This document shows, piece by piece, positions 1 to 12,836 of a stretch of DNA of 64,000 nt (position 1 is the first letter of the stretch; each line of letters starts with the position of its first letter). The DNA is from Neodothiora populina (taxonomy: Eukaryota), in contig NW_027191417.1 in assembly GCF_041146345.1 (NCBI RefSeq), positions 992,001 through 1,056,000 on the forward strand, in the 5' to 3' direction. The notes below the pieces were generated by a model, which worked only from the letters and a program-made list of their open reading frames with translations, searched no databases and was not told the origin of the DNA. Position numbers and translations under genes: made by a program.

Positions 1-511
1 TTTGAAAGTTTCCTTTTTTTCCTTGACTTATATCTCGTATTCCGCTACAAGTGTTAGTGTTCAGTAATCGACCAGCTGCGCTGCCAGCGAAACTTCTTGG
101 ACAATCAATTGCGCATTACAGCCTTACGACGCCAAATCCGATCCACCGTGCATCTGCATCCTGCGTCACACACACCACTTGAGTCCAACACCGCCTAGAG
201 GCCCTGGAGTGCCACGTTTTTCTGAGCCTTGGAGCTGCGCAGCCTGCGCCCTGCAACAGAAAGTAGTACATCATTTACGCCGCGCGCAGGCAATCTGTAT
301 CAACAAATTTCACGGACAACACATCCGGATAGGCTGGATCCTGTCAATCTCCATTCCTGTGTTGGCCAGTAATTTCTCACTTCCTCCCAAGCAGGCATTC
401 GCAACTTCAGATCATGCGTCGTTAAGTGCCCAAGAAATCCTCGTGAGCTTTCTCCCGCTTTAGGCCGACAATGCGTCAAGCTCTTAGCTACACGGCTTTA
501 CAACATCAGAC

Positions 512-3500
512 ATGAACTCCTCCCCAAAGCCTATCTCACAGAATGTCTGGCACGATGGCTGTAACAGTAGCGCACCCCGACCGTCAAATGTTTCTTCTCT
601 GACGCAAGGTCTCAAATCGCACATCGTCATGACCGTCACGTCTTCCCCTGTCGGGTCGAGAGGTCCATCCTCGACCTCGAGCAGTCCCCGCAATACTTTT
701 CTGCCGTCGAGTCAGGCAGCCAGATCTACTCCGGACAGGTACTCTGATCGCAACAACTCGTGGCAAACAAGATCCCCTCCTTTGATGTCTCTTCCTCAAC
801 CAGCTTACGCCGAGTCGACGTCTGCTATCTCGTCGTCGCCTACTGTGTCTTATGCTTCAATGAGTGAGGCCTTCAACATGTCCAAGGGCACGGGGCTGAT
901 CCGTAGGCTGTCACGAGGCGCTCACAACCGTCTTCGACGACGCCCCTCCACGACGCAAACTAATCGTATACGGGATCAAAGTGCAGGTCCGGTCCTGGTG
1001 CGGAGGCGAAGCGACAGTACTGGAGCGGCCGACCTTGCTGGTGACATGTCTGACCTGGAGTTGGAGCGTACATCAGAAGATGGCGGAGAGGAAGCTTTGC
1101 CGACCATTTCATCCTCAGAGCCCACTAACACATCTGCATTGCATACAATTCGCAAGATGAATACGTCGCCCATATTAGAAGGTGGTGTAGCTCCGACCAT
1201 ATCCTCGGTGCTGGAGCAGGGCACGTGGCTCATCAAGGTGACCAAGAAGAAGCGGAAGATGTTGAAGTTCCGCCTTGATCCCTTAGCCGCAAAGGTTTGT
1301 TGGAATGCAACAAACCCAACTAAACAATTCTACATTGATGATGTTCGCGACATTCGAACAGGTCCGGACGCCAGGAGCTCGCGCCAGGACATCAATGGAT
1401 CCCTAGAGCAGGAAGGTTGTTGGATGACCATCGTCTATGACGCCCAAGAACGCTCTAAGGGACAGTCCATCAAAACCATGCATCTTATCGCTCCGAACGG
1501 GTATATCGCGAAGCTCTGGACGGATGCTTTGAACGTTGTATCTAGGGAGAGAATCGAGATTATGAACGCGCTCTCGGCTAGCCACGACAAAAGCGAACGC
1601 AGCATGAGAATGGCATGGAAACAGGCCATGGCTCGCAGAGGGGTAAACGCTGATCAGAAAGTCGACTTTGAGGATGCGAAGTGGATCTGTCGCAAGCTCG
1701 AGATCAACTGCTCTTTGGACGCCATGCGAACGCATTTCAACCAGGCTGACCGCGATCTCATTGGCATGCTTACCTATCCTCAATACGAGTATTTTGTGAG
1801 TCTTTTTAAGAGTCGAAAGGACGTACAAGCAATCTACAACCAGACGAAACCAGCAAGCGAACGAGAGATGAGTCTTGCCACGTTTCTTGGATTCTTGAGA
1901 GATACTCAAGGCGTTGACGTCGACAAAGACCTTACCACTTGGGAAAACAGATATGAGCTGTACTGCCGCAGCGCGGTGTCACGGACTTCTGAGCCTGCAT
2001 CGTCTACTATTAGTCCCTCAATGAACCTTCAAGCATTCCAGAATTTCTTGGTCTCTGGTGTCAACAGCGCACTCGTTACTGGACAACCCGAAGCGACCCT
2101 GGATCGGCCGCTCAACGAATATTTCATCTCGAGCTCCCACAACACATATTTGCTCGGCAGACAAGTACGAGGCACGTCCAGTGTCGAAGGCTATATTTCG
2201 GCCTTGATCAAGGGCTGTAGATGCATCGAGATTGATTGCTGGGACGGCAAATATGGCCGGCCGATTGTCAATCACGGGCGCACTATGACCTCCGAAATTA
2301 TGTTTGAGGATTGCATTGCGATCATCACAAGATATGCATTCGCATCCACTGCATATCCGCTGATCATATCACTCGAGGTGCACTGCACCCCTGAGCAGCA
2401 ATTGCTCATGGTTGAAATTATGAAATCATACTTTGGGGAAATGTTGCTCACAACCCCTCTTACGACGAATGCTACGACCTTACCTTCGCCCGAGGAGCTC
2501 AAGAACAAGATCTTGATCAAGGTGAAAGCAGCCAGGAAGCAAGTAGACCCGGCGCCTTTACCCGATCCAGCTGCTTGTCGCCGCCAAAGGAGCTTTAGCT
2601 CACCCTTTACGCGACCCTCGCCCTCACTCGAAGGCCACAATGCTCCTACATCATCCCCTGTGGGCGCCCCAGCCGGCAACACCCCGTATATACGGTCGGC
2701 CAACACATGGTCAACTCAAGGATCTACCGCTACAGGCTTTGGTCTGTCCGCAGGGTCAAGTTCTGCTGATGACAGTGACACTGCTGCCCCATCGACAGAA
2801 GCAAACAAAAAGAGTGACAAGGTCGAAAGAAACAAAAAGACCAGCAACATTGTGCCGCAATTGGGAGCGCTCGGTGTATATGGCTGCGGAATAAAGTACT
2901 CCGACTTTTCTGCCGAGGAGGCTCGTAGCTACAACCACATTTACTCCTTCGCTGAGAGCACTTTTGACAAGCTCTGTAAGAATCCCGAAACCAAGGCACA
3001 GCTCGAGAAACATAACGTGAGCTACTTGATGCGTATATATCCGGCAGCCATCAGGGTTGACTCATCCAACTTCAACCCTCTTCAATCATGGAAGAGAGGC
3101 GTTCAGATGGCCGCGCTGAATTGGCAGACTTATGATATCCATCTGCAGATGAACGAGGCAATGTTTGCTGCTGGCGCAGATCGCACTGGCTACGTGCTCA
3201 AACCGGAGGAGATGCGTCGTGCAAAGCATGTTCCGATTACCGAGGCTTTGCAGGGCGATCAGAATCGCCAAGAAAAGAAAGCAAAGCAGCTGGTCAGGTT
3301 CGCGATAGAAATAGTATCCGCCCAGCGCCTGCCCCGCCCACGCAACCACAACCCTGACATTGGAATGAATCCATACATTGAATTCGAAATGTTCTCTGCA
3401 GAAGACAAGGCTCGAGGGCTTGCCAAGGGCGAAGGTGGCACTGACGCCTCCGCTCGTGACGGATCTTCAGGCATTGGATCTCCCTTGCGTCGACGCACGA

Positions 3501-3961
3501 AGATCGTCGAAGGCAATGGATTCGATCCCACGTTTAATGAGCCCATTGCAATGATGGTGGAAACGAAATATCCTAGTTTAATCTTTGTTCGCTGGACAGT
3601 CTGGAATTCACCAGATGGAAAGAATTTGTCGTCTAACAGCACCATCCTTGGAACCTTTACAGCCAAGTTGAGTAGTCTGCAGCAGGGCTACCGCCACTTG
3701 CCACTTTTTAATTCCTATGGCGAGCGTTATCGAGATGCGAAGCTCTTCGTCAAGATCAAGAAGGAGTCTCCAATTCCCCTTCATACAGACGACTCAATCT
3801 ACAGGTATCCCGAATACGCCTCATCGAGTCCTCGTCTCGATCCTGTCCGTTACGACTCCAGAAGCTGGTCCAGGAAGATATTCAGCAGAGCTCCCAGCGA
3901 GCGTCGAAGACGTCAAGAGATCTATGGATCCTCCAGTCGTACATCAAGTCTGGAACGATAG
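512..3961 (+). CDS. PLC1: Phosphoinositide-specific phospholipase C (PH, EF-hand-like, X box, Y box, C2)
   Basis: Single 1149-aa ORF. X box LDRPLNEYFISSSHNTYLLGRQV...GCRCIEIDCWDG...NHGRT has both catalytic His; Y box LMRIYP..RVDSSNFNP...GVQMAALNWQT; C2 domain IEIVSAQRLP...LQQGYRHLPL. Confidence 0.96.
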   Translation: MNSSPKPISQNVWHDGCNSSAPRPSNVSSLTQGLKSHIVMTVTSSPVGSRGPSSTSSSPRNTFLPSSQAARSTPDRYSDRNNSWQTRSPPLMSLPQPAYAESTSAISSSPTVSYASMSEAFNMSKGTGLIRRLSRGAHNRLRRRPSTTQTNRIRDQSAGPVLVRRRSDSTGAADLAGDMSDLELERTSEDGGEEALPTISSSEPTNTSALHTIRKMNTSPILEGGVAPTISSVLEQGTWLIKVTKKKRKMLKFRLDPLAAKVCWNATNPTKQFYIDDVRDIRTGPDARSSRQDINGSLEQEGCWMTIVYDAQERSKGQSIKTMHLIAPNGYIAKLWTDALNVVSRERIEIMNALSASHDKSERSMRMAWKQAMARRGVNADQKVDFEDAKWICRKLEINCSLDAMRTHFNQADRDLIGMLTYPQYEYFVSLFKSRKDVQAIYNQTKPASEREMSLATFLGFLRDTQGVDVDKDLTTWENRYELYCRSAVSRTSEPASSTISPSMNLQAFQNFLVSGVNSALVTGQPEATLDRPLNEYFISSSHNTYLLGRQVRGTSSVEGYISALIKGCRCIEIDCWDGKYGRPIVNHGRTMTSEIMFEDCIAIITRYAFASTAYPLIISLEVHCTPEQQLLMVEIMKSYFGEMLLTTPLTTNATTLPSPEELKNKILIKVKAARKQVDPAPLPDPAACRRQRSFSSPFTRPSPSLEGHNAPTSSPVGAPAGNTPYIRSANTWSTQGSTATGFGLSAGSSSADDSDTAAPSTEANKKSDKVERNKKTSNIVPQLGALGVYGCGIKYSDFSAEEARSYNHIYSFAESTFDKLCKNPETKAQLEKHNVSYLMRIYPAAIRVDSSNFNPLQSWKRGVQMAALNWQTYDIHLQMNEAMFAAGADRTGYVLKPEEMRRAKHVPITEALQGDQNRQEKKAKQLVRFAIEIVSAQRLPRPRNHNPDIGMNPYIEFEMFSAEDKARGLAKGEGGTDASARDGSSGIGSPLRRRTKIVEGNGFDPTFNEPIAMMVETKYPSLIFVRWTVWNSPDGKNLSSNSTILGTFTAKLSSLQQGYRHLPLFNSYGERYRDAKLFVKIKKESPIPLHTDDSIYRYPEYASSSPRLDPVRYDSRSWSRKIFSRAPSERRRRQEIYGSSSRTSSLER

Positions 3962-5542
3962 GTCTCAAAAGACCTTTACCTCTATAACGCCAGTCAAAAG
4001 ACATTTTGACCATCCATGGAGACAAGCAACACCACATGTGGTGTGGTGGCTTAGATCTCCCTTTTTACTTATTGTGTACTCAACGGCGTTTGGAGCATAG
4101 TGCCAGGTCCGGCACCATATACCCCATCGGCCCATTTGCTTTATGAGAGGGAAAAATTGACACGTACTGAGCAGGCGCTCAGTCCCTGATCTTGGGGAAC
4201 GTTCAGGGTACAAATGCGTCATACAACTATCACTGAAAGGTCGGAGCCTCGGCTGGCTCGAGGCTGATCAAATGCATTCTATCTCCTTTGTCTTGTGTGT
4301 TTTGTTGTTTCAATGTTGTGTTTCCTATATATCTCTCATGTGTCCTCGCCGGTCCTGCTGAGCTCGGCAGGTGCGTGTCTCGGCTCGGGTTGGAGACAAC
4401 TGAAGATCTTGTCTAGTCTTTCCGGCGTGTGCGACCTCTTCATGCCAGGAAATAAATAGTGCAGGATGTCTTGGTCTTGCACCTCTACAGCTGGTGTGTA
4501 ATGTTTGCCGCAAGGGGCAGTATCACTGGCAGTATCACATAATACAGATAATTCAACAACATGGAATACTTGTTGCTAGGTGGTAATACCTGGATCGCGA
4601 TCAGTTCCGCACAGCCCTTATAATAACTGTCGATTCACTCGATCACCACTAGATACAAGCAAGTCTACGGTTTAAAGGCAGCATCGGCGTTATACCGGTG
4701 ACAGCAATACCGTAGAGAAATGATGTGCGACCTGTTGAAAATTAGGGATAGTATGGTGGAAGAAGGTGATTACTTGATTTCCAGCCCTCTTTGTAAGCTT
4801 GTCTCTTCAGGTATAGCTCGAGTCCCTCGAGTACCTGCCTTCTCAACACGACCCTCGACATGAGTTTGTATAAGTGCGAATGGATCTACCTGATGACAAT
4901 CTAAAAACAATTTGAACTTTGTGTTTTCAATACACATGTACTTATTGACACGCTTGACGAGAGATTTATCGATAGAAGAGCATGTCAAAGCTAGCCTTTT
5001 GAGGCTAGATTGTATGAAGCGTGGCTCAGATGCAATCGATTCAAGCAATCTAAGCGTTACAATATGAGTGTGTGATCTGCTAATACTCCGCTGCAAGGCG
5101 CATCTCTGTGCGTTTTGATCTCCTGGGCTCTATTTACCACGCAGCCAAATAACTGTAGTCGATCAGGTCGTCGATCCGATGCTTCATCATTTTGTTGTTG
5201 TAAGTCCGCTATGCACATTATGTGCGCTTTGCATCGTCCCAAAGTCGACGACCTGATAGACTTTGACAGTTTGTACTTGGCCGCTTGGACCTTTGCGGGG
5301 TAGTGCTACGCCCACATACAGTAGTAGCTCCATGTCTTTCTCCAACTCAACGGTCCACTTCACACCGACTTCCAAAGTCCAAACGACTCTGCCACCACGC
5401 TGAGTGAACTCTGCACCAACCAAGCCAGCACACTATCATCCACCAGTACAGGTACAAAACCTACCAATTGACTCGGACAAAAGCACCCAAAACGCACAAT
5501 AAGCCTATGTACAACCCCGAACCAGACAACAACGACAACAAC

Positions 5543-6388
5543 ATGCAAAAAATCGACTACCTAATCCTCGGCGCAGGCTGGACCTCAACCTTCCTCCTCC
5601 CCCTACTCCAATCCCACAACAAGACGGTCATCGCGACCTCCACAACCGGCCGCGACAGCACTCTGAAATTCAAATTCGACCCATCAGACCCCAGCCCGTC
5701 CGCAGCCTTCGCGACTCTGCCCAATGCCCGCAACATCCTCATCACCTTCCCCCTAACAGGCAAGCACCAGAGCGAGCTGCTGGTGAACACGTACAAAGCC
5801 ACTCATGCGCGCGTCGCGCACTCGGCGCGCTTCGTCCAGCTGGGCTCGAGCGGCATCTTCACGTTCGCGGAGCAGAAGGACCTCTGGGTCACCAGGCGGT
5901 CGGCGTACGATACGTCCAACGCGCGAGCGGTCGCAGAGGACGAACTGCGTGGTTTGGGCGGGTGTGTGTTGAATTTGTCCGGGCTGTGGGGTGGAGCTAC
6001 GCGCGATCCGAAGAATTGGGTCGATAGGGTCGCGACTACGAAGGAGCAGGTCAGGAGTAAGATGTCGTTGCATATGAATCATGGCGAGGATGTGGCCAGG
6101 GCGATTTTCGCTGTGTTTGAGAAGTGGAGTGACAAGGATTGTGTGGGCCAGAGGTGGTTGTTGACGGATGGCTTTGTCTATTGCTGGTGGGCGCTCATGG
6201 CTGGTTGGGCGCATGCTAATGGTGGAAAGGACGGGGAGCCTAGTAAGCAGAGTAAGTGGGTGTATGAGTTGATGATCGAGCAGGACATCAAGGCTTTGCC
6301 TCGGAGTATGGAGGCGCTGGGCAGATGCTATGATACGAGGGAGTTTTGGCAGACGTTCGGCATCAGTCCTGTGCGTAGTAGGATCTAA
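5543..6388 (+). CDS. NAD(P)-binding Rossmann-fold protein (atypical SDR/epimerase-like), C-terminal PTS1-like -SRI
   Basis: ATG at 5543 (MQKIDYLILGAGWTSTFL) gives a beta-GxG dinucleotide-binding start, followed by FVQLGSSGIF, VLNLSGLWGG and HMNHGEDVARAI. Intronless; ends VRSRI*. Confidence 0.8.
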   Translation: MQKIDYLILGAGWTSTFLLPLLQSHNKTVIATSTTGRDSTLKFKFDPSDPSPSAAFATLPNARNILITFPLTGKHQSELLVNTYKATHARVAHSARFVQLGSSGIFTFAEQKDLWVTRRSAYDTSNARAVAEDELRGLGGCVLNLSGLWGGATRDPKNWVDRVATTKEQVRSKMSLHMNHGEDVARAIFAVFEKWSDKDCVGQRWLLTDGFVYCWWALMAGWAHANGGKDGEPSKQSKWVYELMIEQDIKALPRSMEALGRCYDTREFWQTFGISPVRSRI

Positions 6389-6609
6389 ATTCATCATTTG
6401 AGGCTTCGCTGCTTTTCGCTTCTATCATAAAAAAGGAGGAATAATTCTATATGCATCTTGACCATCCGGCCGCGAATGGCAACCCGACCTCCGTGACTTC
6501 GAACTCCTCTAATGCGGAGAAGGCTTACGAGTCTACCGCAATGTCCCGTCGGGGGTGCGACTGGAGATTCTCTTATTTGTACCCTGTCTGGCAGACCCCA
6601 GACTACAGA

Positions 6610-9600
6610 TCAACTGAGATCAAAGCCGGCCCCAGAGTTGACTGCGTACAGCAACTTCTCTCGAAGTACTCCTGCCGTCTTATACCTTGGCAGCTTCAGC
6701 AAGTTGACACACGTGCTAGTCGTAGGAAAGCGGCTCTCGTCGTCGCCTGAGTCTCGAATGCTGAACCTCGGGTTCAGGCTGCCAAAACCCAGCAAGGGTG
6801 CTCGAGGCGTGCTCGTCACAAATTTCAAAAGCTTCCTTCTGTCTTCATCGCTCATCGTCTTCATGACTTGCCAGAACAGCTTCACCGTATCGTGCTCTTG
6901 TAGGTCATCCCCGATGACGTAGACACCGCCATACTGAGTGTTGCGGCGGAGGTCGTCAACGTCAATAAACGAGGCCGCACCTCCGATTAATGTCTGCAGC
7001 TCTAGCTGATTGAACATGCTGAGCCATCCAGGCTCGATAATACTCGAAAGACCTTTGAGAAAGCTGGTGGTTTGGCGATAGGATTGTCGGAACAGCCGCC
7101 ATCGCGCCATTAAAGATATGTAGAGCAGCCGATTCTCGTTGGTGACGGCCTGGTTGGCACCACCGGGCATAAGCTCGCTCTCAATAGTTTTGGTACGGCC
7201 ATTGCTCAGCCTTACTTCGTCTGTAACGGTGAAGGTGAGTGGAATGTCTTCCTCCACGTTGCCTGGGTAGTACTTCAAATTCAGCAATCCTTTGTAAAGA
7301 GCCTCATCCAAATCACGCAGATCGTTGATGGTTGGTCTGTAGGCTGATTGTCCTGATGGTCCAGCCTTGAAAACGGACCATTGCGTGAGGAAGAAACCAG
7401 CGAAGCCGATATCAATGAGAATTCCCTCATAGAGACATTTTCCTACCACACGGCCCAGGAATTCGTACTCCTGCATCAGATGTGATAGGCCACCTTGAAT
7501 AGTCTTGGGATCGCGGGATCGACTCTCCAGCATGTTCCTGGCTTCCTCGACACTATGAACCGATGATGAATTAGCTTTCTGGTCTTATTTTTGATGCATC
7601 AATGAATGTGCTTACCTGGTAGGATTGGGATACAGCAGATGTTGAGCATTTTCTTGGAAGAAGCCTTGAGATGGGTCGAATGCTTGACTAGTAACGCTGG
7701 TAAGGAATTCTTTTGTGACACCTCCACCATCAATGCCAGCTTCAACAATGTCGAATTCGTCTTTGAAAGTGATCTGAATAGGTTCTTTGAGATCTGCGCC
7801 GAGCCGATAGAAAGCGTTGAAGGCGTCTTCGAATTCATGCTTACGTCTTACGACAGCATGATGTCTGTTCAACTCTGCATGGCCATCTGGGTTGCGGAAC
7901 ATGACAAATGACCGCCAAGTGTCCGAGTCGACATAACCGCCTCTGCGTTTGGCCTGAACAAAGATTAGCTTCGTGCCTGCAAACTTATGGAAGAAACATC
8001 ATCTTACCTGATCGAGGCGAACAAATTCTCTGAAGATTTCGACTCTTGTTTCGAAAGGTATGAGGAACGGCATGTTTTGAAGTACTTCTAATCGGGGAGC
8101 AACAGCCTGGAGATATCGCTTCTTACTAGCACGTTCTTGGTCGCGTGCCTGACGGCTGAACCTATTTCGAGCGGCCGGAGTCTGAGAGGACGTCCATGCA
8201 TCAGCTTCCGCCTCGGACGTATCGTCGTCGTCGCTGTCCTCCTCTTCTTGGCTTTCTAGCTGTTTTCGTCTCTCCTCTTCCCCTACCACTGCCTGGATGA
8301 AATTGGACATGTCGAAGGGAGAAGTCATAAGCCAGTGGCCTTTCGGTAAGAACTGCCTTCTCGAGTCTCTTTCATACACGGCGCGCAACAGGCCTGTGAC
8401 GAGAGCTTTGAGATAGTCGAGACTCATTCCGGTGATCCCCGCCACCGATGGCTGCTCCGGTGTTTTGGAGTTGGACTGCAGATCCTCTGTACTAGTGGAC
8501 GAGCTGAAATGGCGGGAAAGGCTTGCAGATGTCAAGGTCTCGGCATTTGGATGGAATAGATCGGAGATGTCCTGAGCATGATAATACATGGCAAAGCCAA
8601 GGTTCTTGAGAAAGACGGACAGGTCTTTGATGTCTGTGAGAGCCAAAGCATTGTTTGATATGTGGTTGGCACCCGCGCGTTCGCCGCCGAGAAATTCCTC
8701 GTCATCCACAATTTTGAGGACGAAAGTGTACAATTCGAGGAAGATCATCAGGACTCTCCATTCAGCAGCACGTTGCGCTGTTCGTTCTTGATGCGCAGCC
8801 GGTGCTAGCCATGAGGAGGATGAGGGTTTCGAAGCCACCAGTAAGTCGACTGCTGCACGAGGGTCACGAAAGATAGCGTCGAAGATGTTTGTGTTGCGTG
8901 CGCCTTTCCAAAAGTACGACATTGCCGAACCCGAGCGTGATTGACCTGGTGGACCAAGGTAGAGCCACATGCGGATGTCATCGGCGTGCAATGGGAACAT
9001 GCGGAGCAAGGCCAGAGCGTAGCCGGCCAGCATCTGAGTGGCATTCGACGCACCGTCGATGGCGTCTGACGCCTGAGCATTCGGTCGAAGTAGAAGCGAA
9101 CGTATCGCCGTTTGATCCACCAGTCGTTGCAACTGTGTATGCAGGAAGTCATTCAGTGGGACGCGGGAAGTATGCCTCGCACTGAGCACGTCTCTGTCAT
9201 ACGTAATGTTGTCCAGATGGAGAGCGGAGGACTCCGGTGCTATGTTATCGACGAGTGCGGCAAGTAAATTGGCAATCGCAGGGATGTGAGGCATTATGTC
9301 GAACGGAAGGGTATGCGTAGCAGGAGCTTGATGCATGAGATACACCAGGTAGATATACTGGCACAGCAGCCAGAGGCATTTGTTGGAGGTCAAGGACGAA
9401 TTGCTGGAGACGTTGGCTGTTGCCTGAGTGAAAATGTGAATGTCGATAGCGGCCGGTAGTTGTTGGAGGAGTGAGGGATCATGAGGATGCGCGAGATAAG
9501 ACATTAAGAAGCCCTCGTATGCCCCGAGACAGGTGGTTCGGAGTGGAGCCAGTAAAGCCTCGAATGTAGCGTTTGATATGTTATTTGAGGGCAAGCTGGT

Positions 9601-10233
9601 TAAGACGGAGTAATATTGGGTTGATATAGTAGCTGACTCTTCAGGGATGTGAGATATTATCAGAGGCAGCATCTGCAGTATAGAATCGATCTTTTCGACC
9701 TGGCTCGTCTGAGATAGTGCAGAGAGAGTCTGCAAGCATGCTCTTTCCATCCGCAGGTAGGCAGAGCGCGAGGCGACCTGCTCGCTGGAGGCAGCGGACC
9801 CAGCAGCAGCAGGTGGACCAACAGCGAGTGTTGCCTGAAGCCGGCTGGCATATCTCAAGAGGCGATCAACATCAGAGGGATGGTTTGGCGTGAAGAATAG
9901 CAGCAGCATCCGTAGTCTGGCTATTGATTGAGTGGCGTTTGGGTATGGTTTCGTCTCCGTCGCTCCAGCGTCCTCCTCCCTCTCCACAGAGTCCCACTGT
10001 TGTCTCCAGGCATCTTTGGTCTTACTCCGTGAGCTGTGCCCCCTCCACGTCCTTTGGATAAGTTTAGCGGCGCTTAGCTGTTGTCGTTGTTGCTGTCGGT
10101 GTTGCCGATCTTGATGTGCGCTCAAGATGGCTTGCTGAGGTCCAGATGATGTTGCAGCGAATGGATTTGTGTTGCGACCAGAAAGATTTACCTGACGCGG
10201 CCTGCGTGATGATCCTGTAAAGGACTGGTACAT
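6610..10233 (-). CDS. HUL5: IQ + HECT domain E3 ubiquitin ligase (UBE3C/Hul5 family)
   Basis: Exons 10233-8008, 7953-7616, 7552-6610 with GTAAG..YAG introns 8007-7954 and 7615-7553. IQ motif IQRTWRG; LQNMPFLIPFETRVEIFR; EAGIDGGGVTKEFL; catalytic PTTSTCVNLLKLP; C-terminal GAGFDLS. Confidence 0.93.
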
Positions 10234-11021
10234 GTTGCTGTGGCAAAAGATGTCGAAGTGGTTGCACTTTATTGTGCAGACGAGATGATGGACCAAATGA
10301 GTGGGATCAAGTAAGCAAGCAGTGCTGCTGCTTGTACTTCTTCCGTCGGGGGGTCGAGTATGGCAATATTGTTATTAACTTATTGATGATGATCAGGTCG
10401 CACTGATACATGCAGTGCCTCTGGATGAGGAAGAACAGCCCATACAGACTCACAACACAGCAAAGTACTGTATACCTCGCTCTTCTCTACAGTATTTGTA
10501 ACTGACCAGCGGGTGGCATCTGGCGGTACGTCACTTTCTATACAAGTACAGTAAGGTACAGTACTATAAGGTAAGCTACACCAAACCATCTTAGTCTACT
10601 CCGTATTCCTCTTACACCACCGCAACATGAAACCCCAACACAGAGAGCCCTGATTGTCGGGACATCGACGCCTGGCGCTGGCTTATCTTATCTCGGTAGC
10701 ACATACAGTACTCCGTACTGTGTAGAGTAGAACCCCACCAGTGATGGTAGTGAATCGCCAAAACCACAAGACTTGTTCTGAGCATGGAATCATATTGATG
10801 ATGGTGGATACTGGCAATCACCGGCTTAAGGACGCCTGATAATAATCAATGCTCCTCTGGACCCGAATGGGATCGAAAGTGACTGCCGAGACTCAGATAT
10901 GTCTGCATAATAAACATTGCCAAGTAGGCGACCTCGTCAACGTCGGCTTCATCGGATACGATTTTGTCTCGGAATATGGTCTTCGTGTCCCACTGGCGTT
11001 ACCATTTCCCTCGAGACACAG

Positions 11022-12836
11022 ATGCTTGCTGATAATCACAAGCGGTATAGCGAAGCTGAGAATCTGGAGATGGTCGATCGCCCGACAAACTCGTTGGATA
11101 TCCCCGAAGACCAGCTCGCTCTATTGCCGGAAGGGGAAGAGGAAGATGTTCGTGACGCGAATCCGGCTTTGAGATTCGGTCAACACGCCTTGTCTGATAC
11201 CGAGCGATTGCCTTCAGAGTATCGTGTCTATGCGAGCCGCTTTTTTGGTTTATTTCAATTGGTCCTGTTGAACATTGTCATTAGCTGGGATGTAGGTCGC
11301 AATGACACTACTGGAAAAACTGCTCTTCTACATGCATCACTGACTACTGTGCAAAGTGGTTAACGTTCTCCGCCGTCTCGACTTCTGCTTCCAAGTACTT
11401 TGGCGTGTCCGAAAGCGCAGTGAACTGGCTCAGCACCGGCTTTCTGTTCTCATTCGTCTTAGTGAGCCCGTGTGTAGCATTGGTTGATCCAAAGCCATGC
11501 TCGCAGCTGACGTATACCGATACACAGCATTGTCATCTGGACCCTCAACAAGTATGGTCCTAGAGGCGCCATTGTGGCGGCGGCGGTCCTCACCCTTGTG
11601 GGGAATTGGATCCGTTATGCCGGTTCTTTATCCCACTCAAGTGGACATTTCGGGATCGTGTTCGTCGGTCAGATAATCATGTGAGTATGGGGCTACCCGG
11701 AAATGCCTTATGTACACGACTGCTGATTCCTCTGCGACTAGTGGCTTCTCTCAACCTTTCGCTCTATGTGCTCCAACTCGCTACAGTGACCTATGGTTCT
11801 CCGATGAAGGTCGAGTTTCTGCAACTGCCTTGGCGTCCCTTGCAAATCCTCTGGGTGGTGCAGTAAGCATTAGGATCAGTGGTACACTCGGGTACATTCA
11901 TGCTGACTATCAGCGTCAATAGCTTGGTCAGCTCATAGGCCCAATGCTTGCTGGGGAAGACACCAATGCTGTCTCTTCGATGGTCTTCTACACCGCCCTC
12001 TTATCATCTGTCGCTGCATTGCCCTCGTTCTTCGTCCCGGCGCGTCCTCCGACTCCTCCCTCTGCCTCAGCCTCCGAAGAAAAGACCGAGCTCTACACAT
12101 CCATCAAGCACCTTTCTCAGAATCGTTCGTTCTGGCTGATATTCGTGCCCTTCGCTGTGTTTGTGGGTAGCTTCAACAGTTCCTCCTCCCTTCTCAACCA
12201 GATTTTCGAGCCCTATGGTTTCTCTGAACTAGAAGCTGGCATCGCTGGTGGCCTACTCATTCTTGTTGGACTTGTCGCGTCTGCTATCGTCTCGCCGACC
12301 ATTGATCGCACCAAACAATACTTGCTGGCTATCAGGGTCCTCGTCCCACTGATAGCCATCGGGTATGTATCTCTTCACTTTCCCAGATACGTGTTCTGAG
12401 TGCATATATGAAACGATCCTCATGTCTACAAAGCTTGTCTCTGACAAATTGTAGATACCTTATCCTTGTCTTCGCGCCCGAAGCGCGCTCGATCGTGGCA
12501 GCATATATAGTCTGCGGCTTGTTGGGTGCAGCATCTTTTTCACTACTTCCGTGTGCTCTGGAATACCTTTGCACCGTCACAGCACCAATCTCACCGGAGG
12601 TTGGTAGCACATTCTGTTGGACTGGAGGCCAGCTTCTCGGGGCCATTTTCATTCTCATCATGGACGCGTTGAAGGGTGGCTGGTCTGGCCAACCAGAGAA
12701 TAACATGAAACGAGCTCTCGTGTTCCAAGCTGTCGTAGGCCTGGTTGTGGTTCCATGCGTTTTTCTACTTGGTAACGAAGAAAGAAGTGTTCGATTCGAC
12801 AGGACGAGGACTGCTACAGATGAATCCGATGGCTAG
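11022..12836 (+). CDS. MFS transporter, FLVCR/SLC49-like family
   Basis: Introns 11292-11356, 11470-11527, 11681-11741, 11863-11922, 12363-12454 give an in-frame product: [32 protein letters not shown]...VNWLSTGF...GNWIRYAG...[36 protein letters not shown]...PARPPTPPS. The start codon is uncertain (ATG 11022 or a further upstream exon). Confidence 0.85.

Noticed and set aside
4000..5460. Short ORFs and an AT-richer patch downstream of PLC1
   Set aside because: There is no protein motif, terminal repeat or splice-consistent model.
10239..10520. Rpn4/PACE-like GTGGCAAA and GGTGGCA near the HUL5 start
   Set aside because: The matches are imperfect, and one lies within ~15 nt of the ATG; they are not distinguishable from chance.
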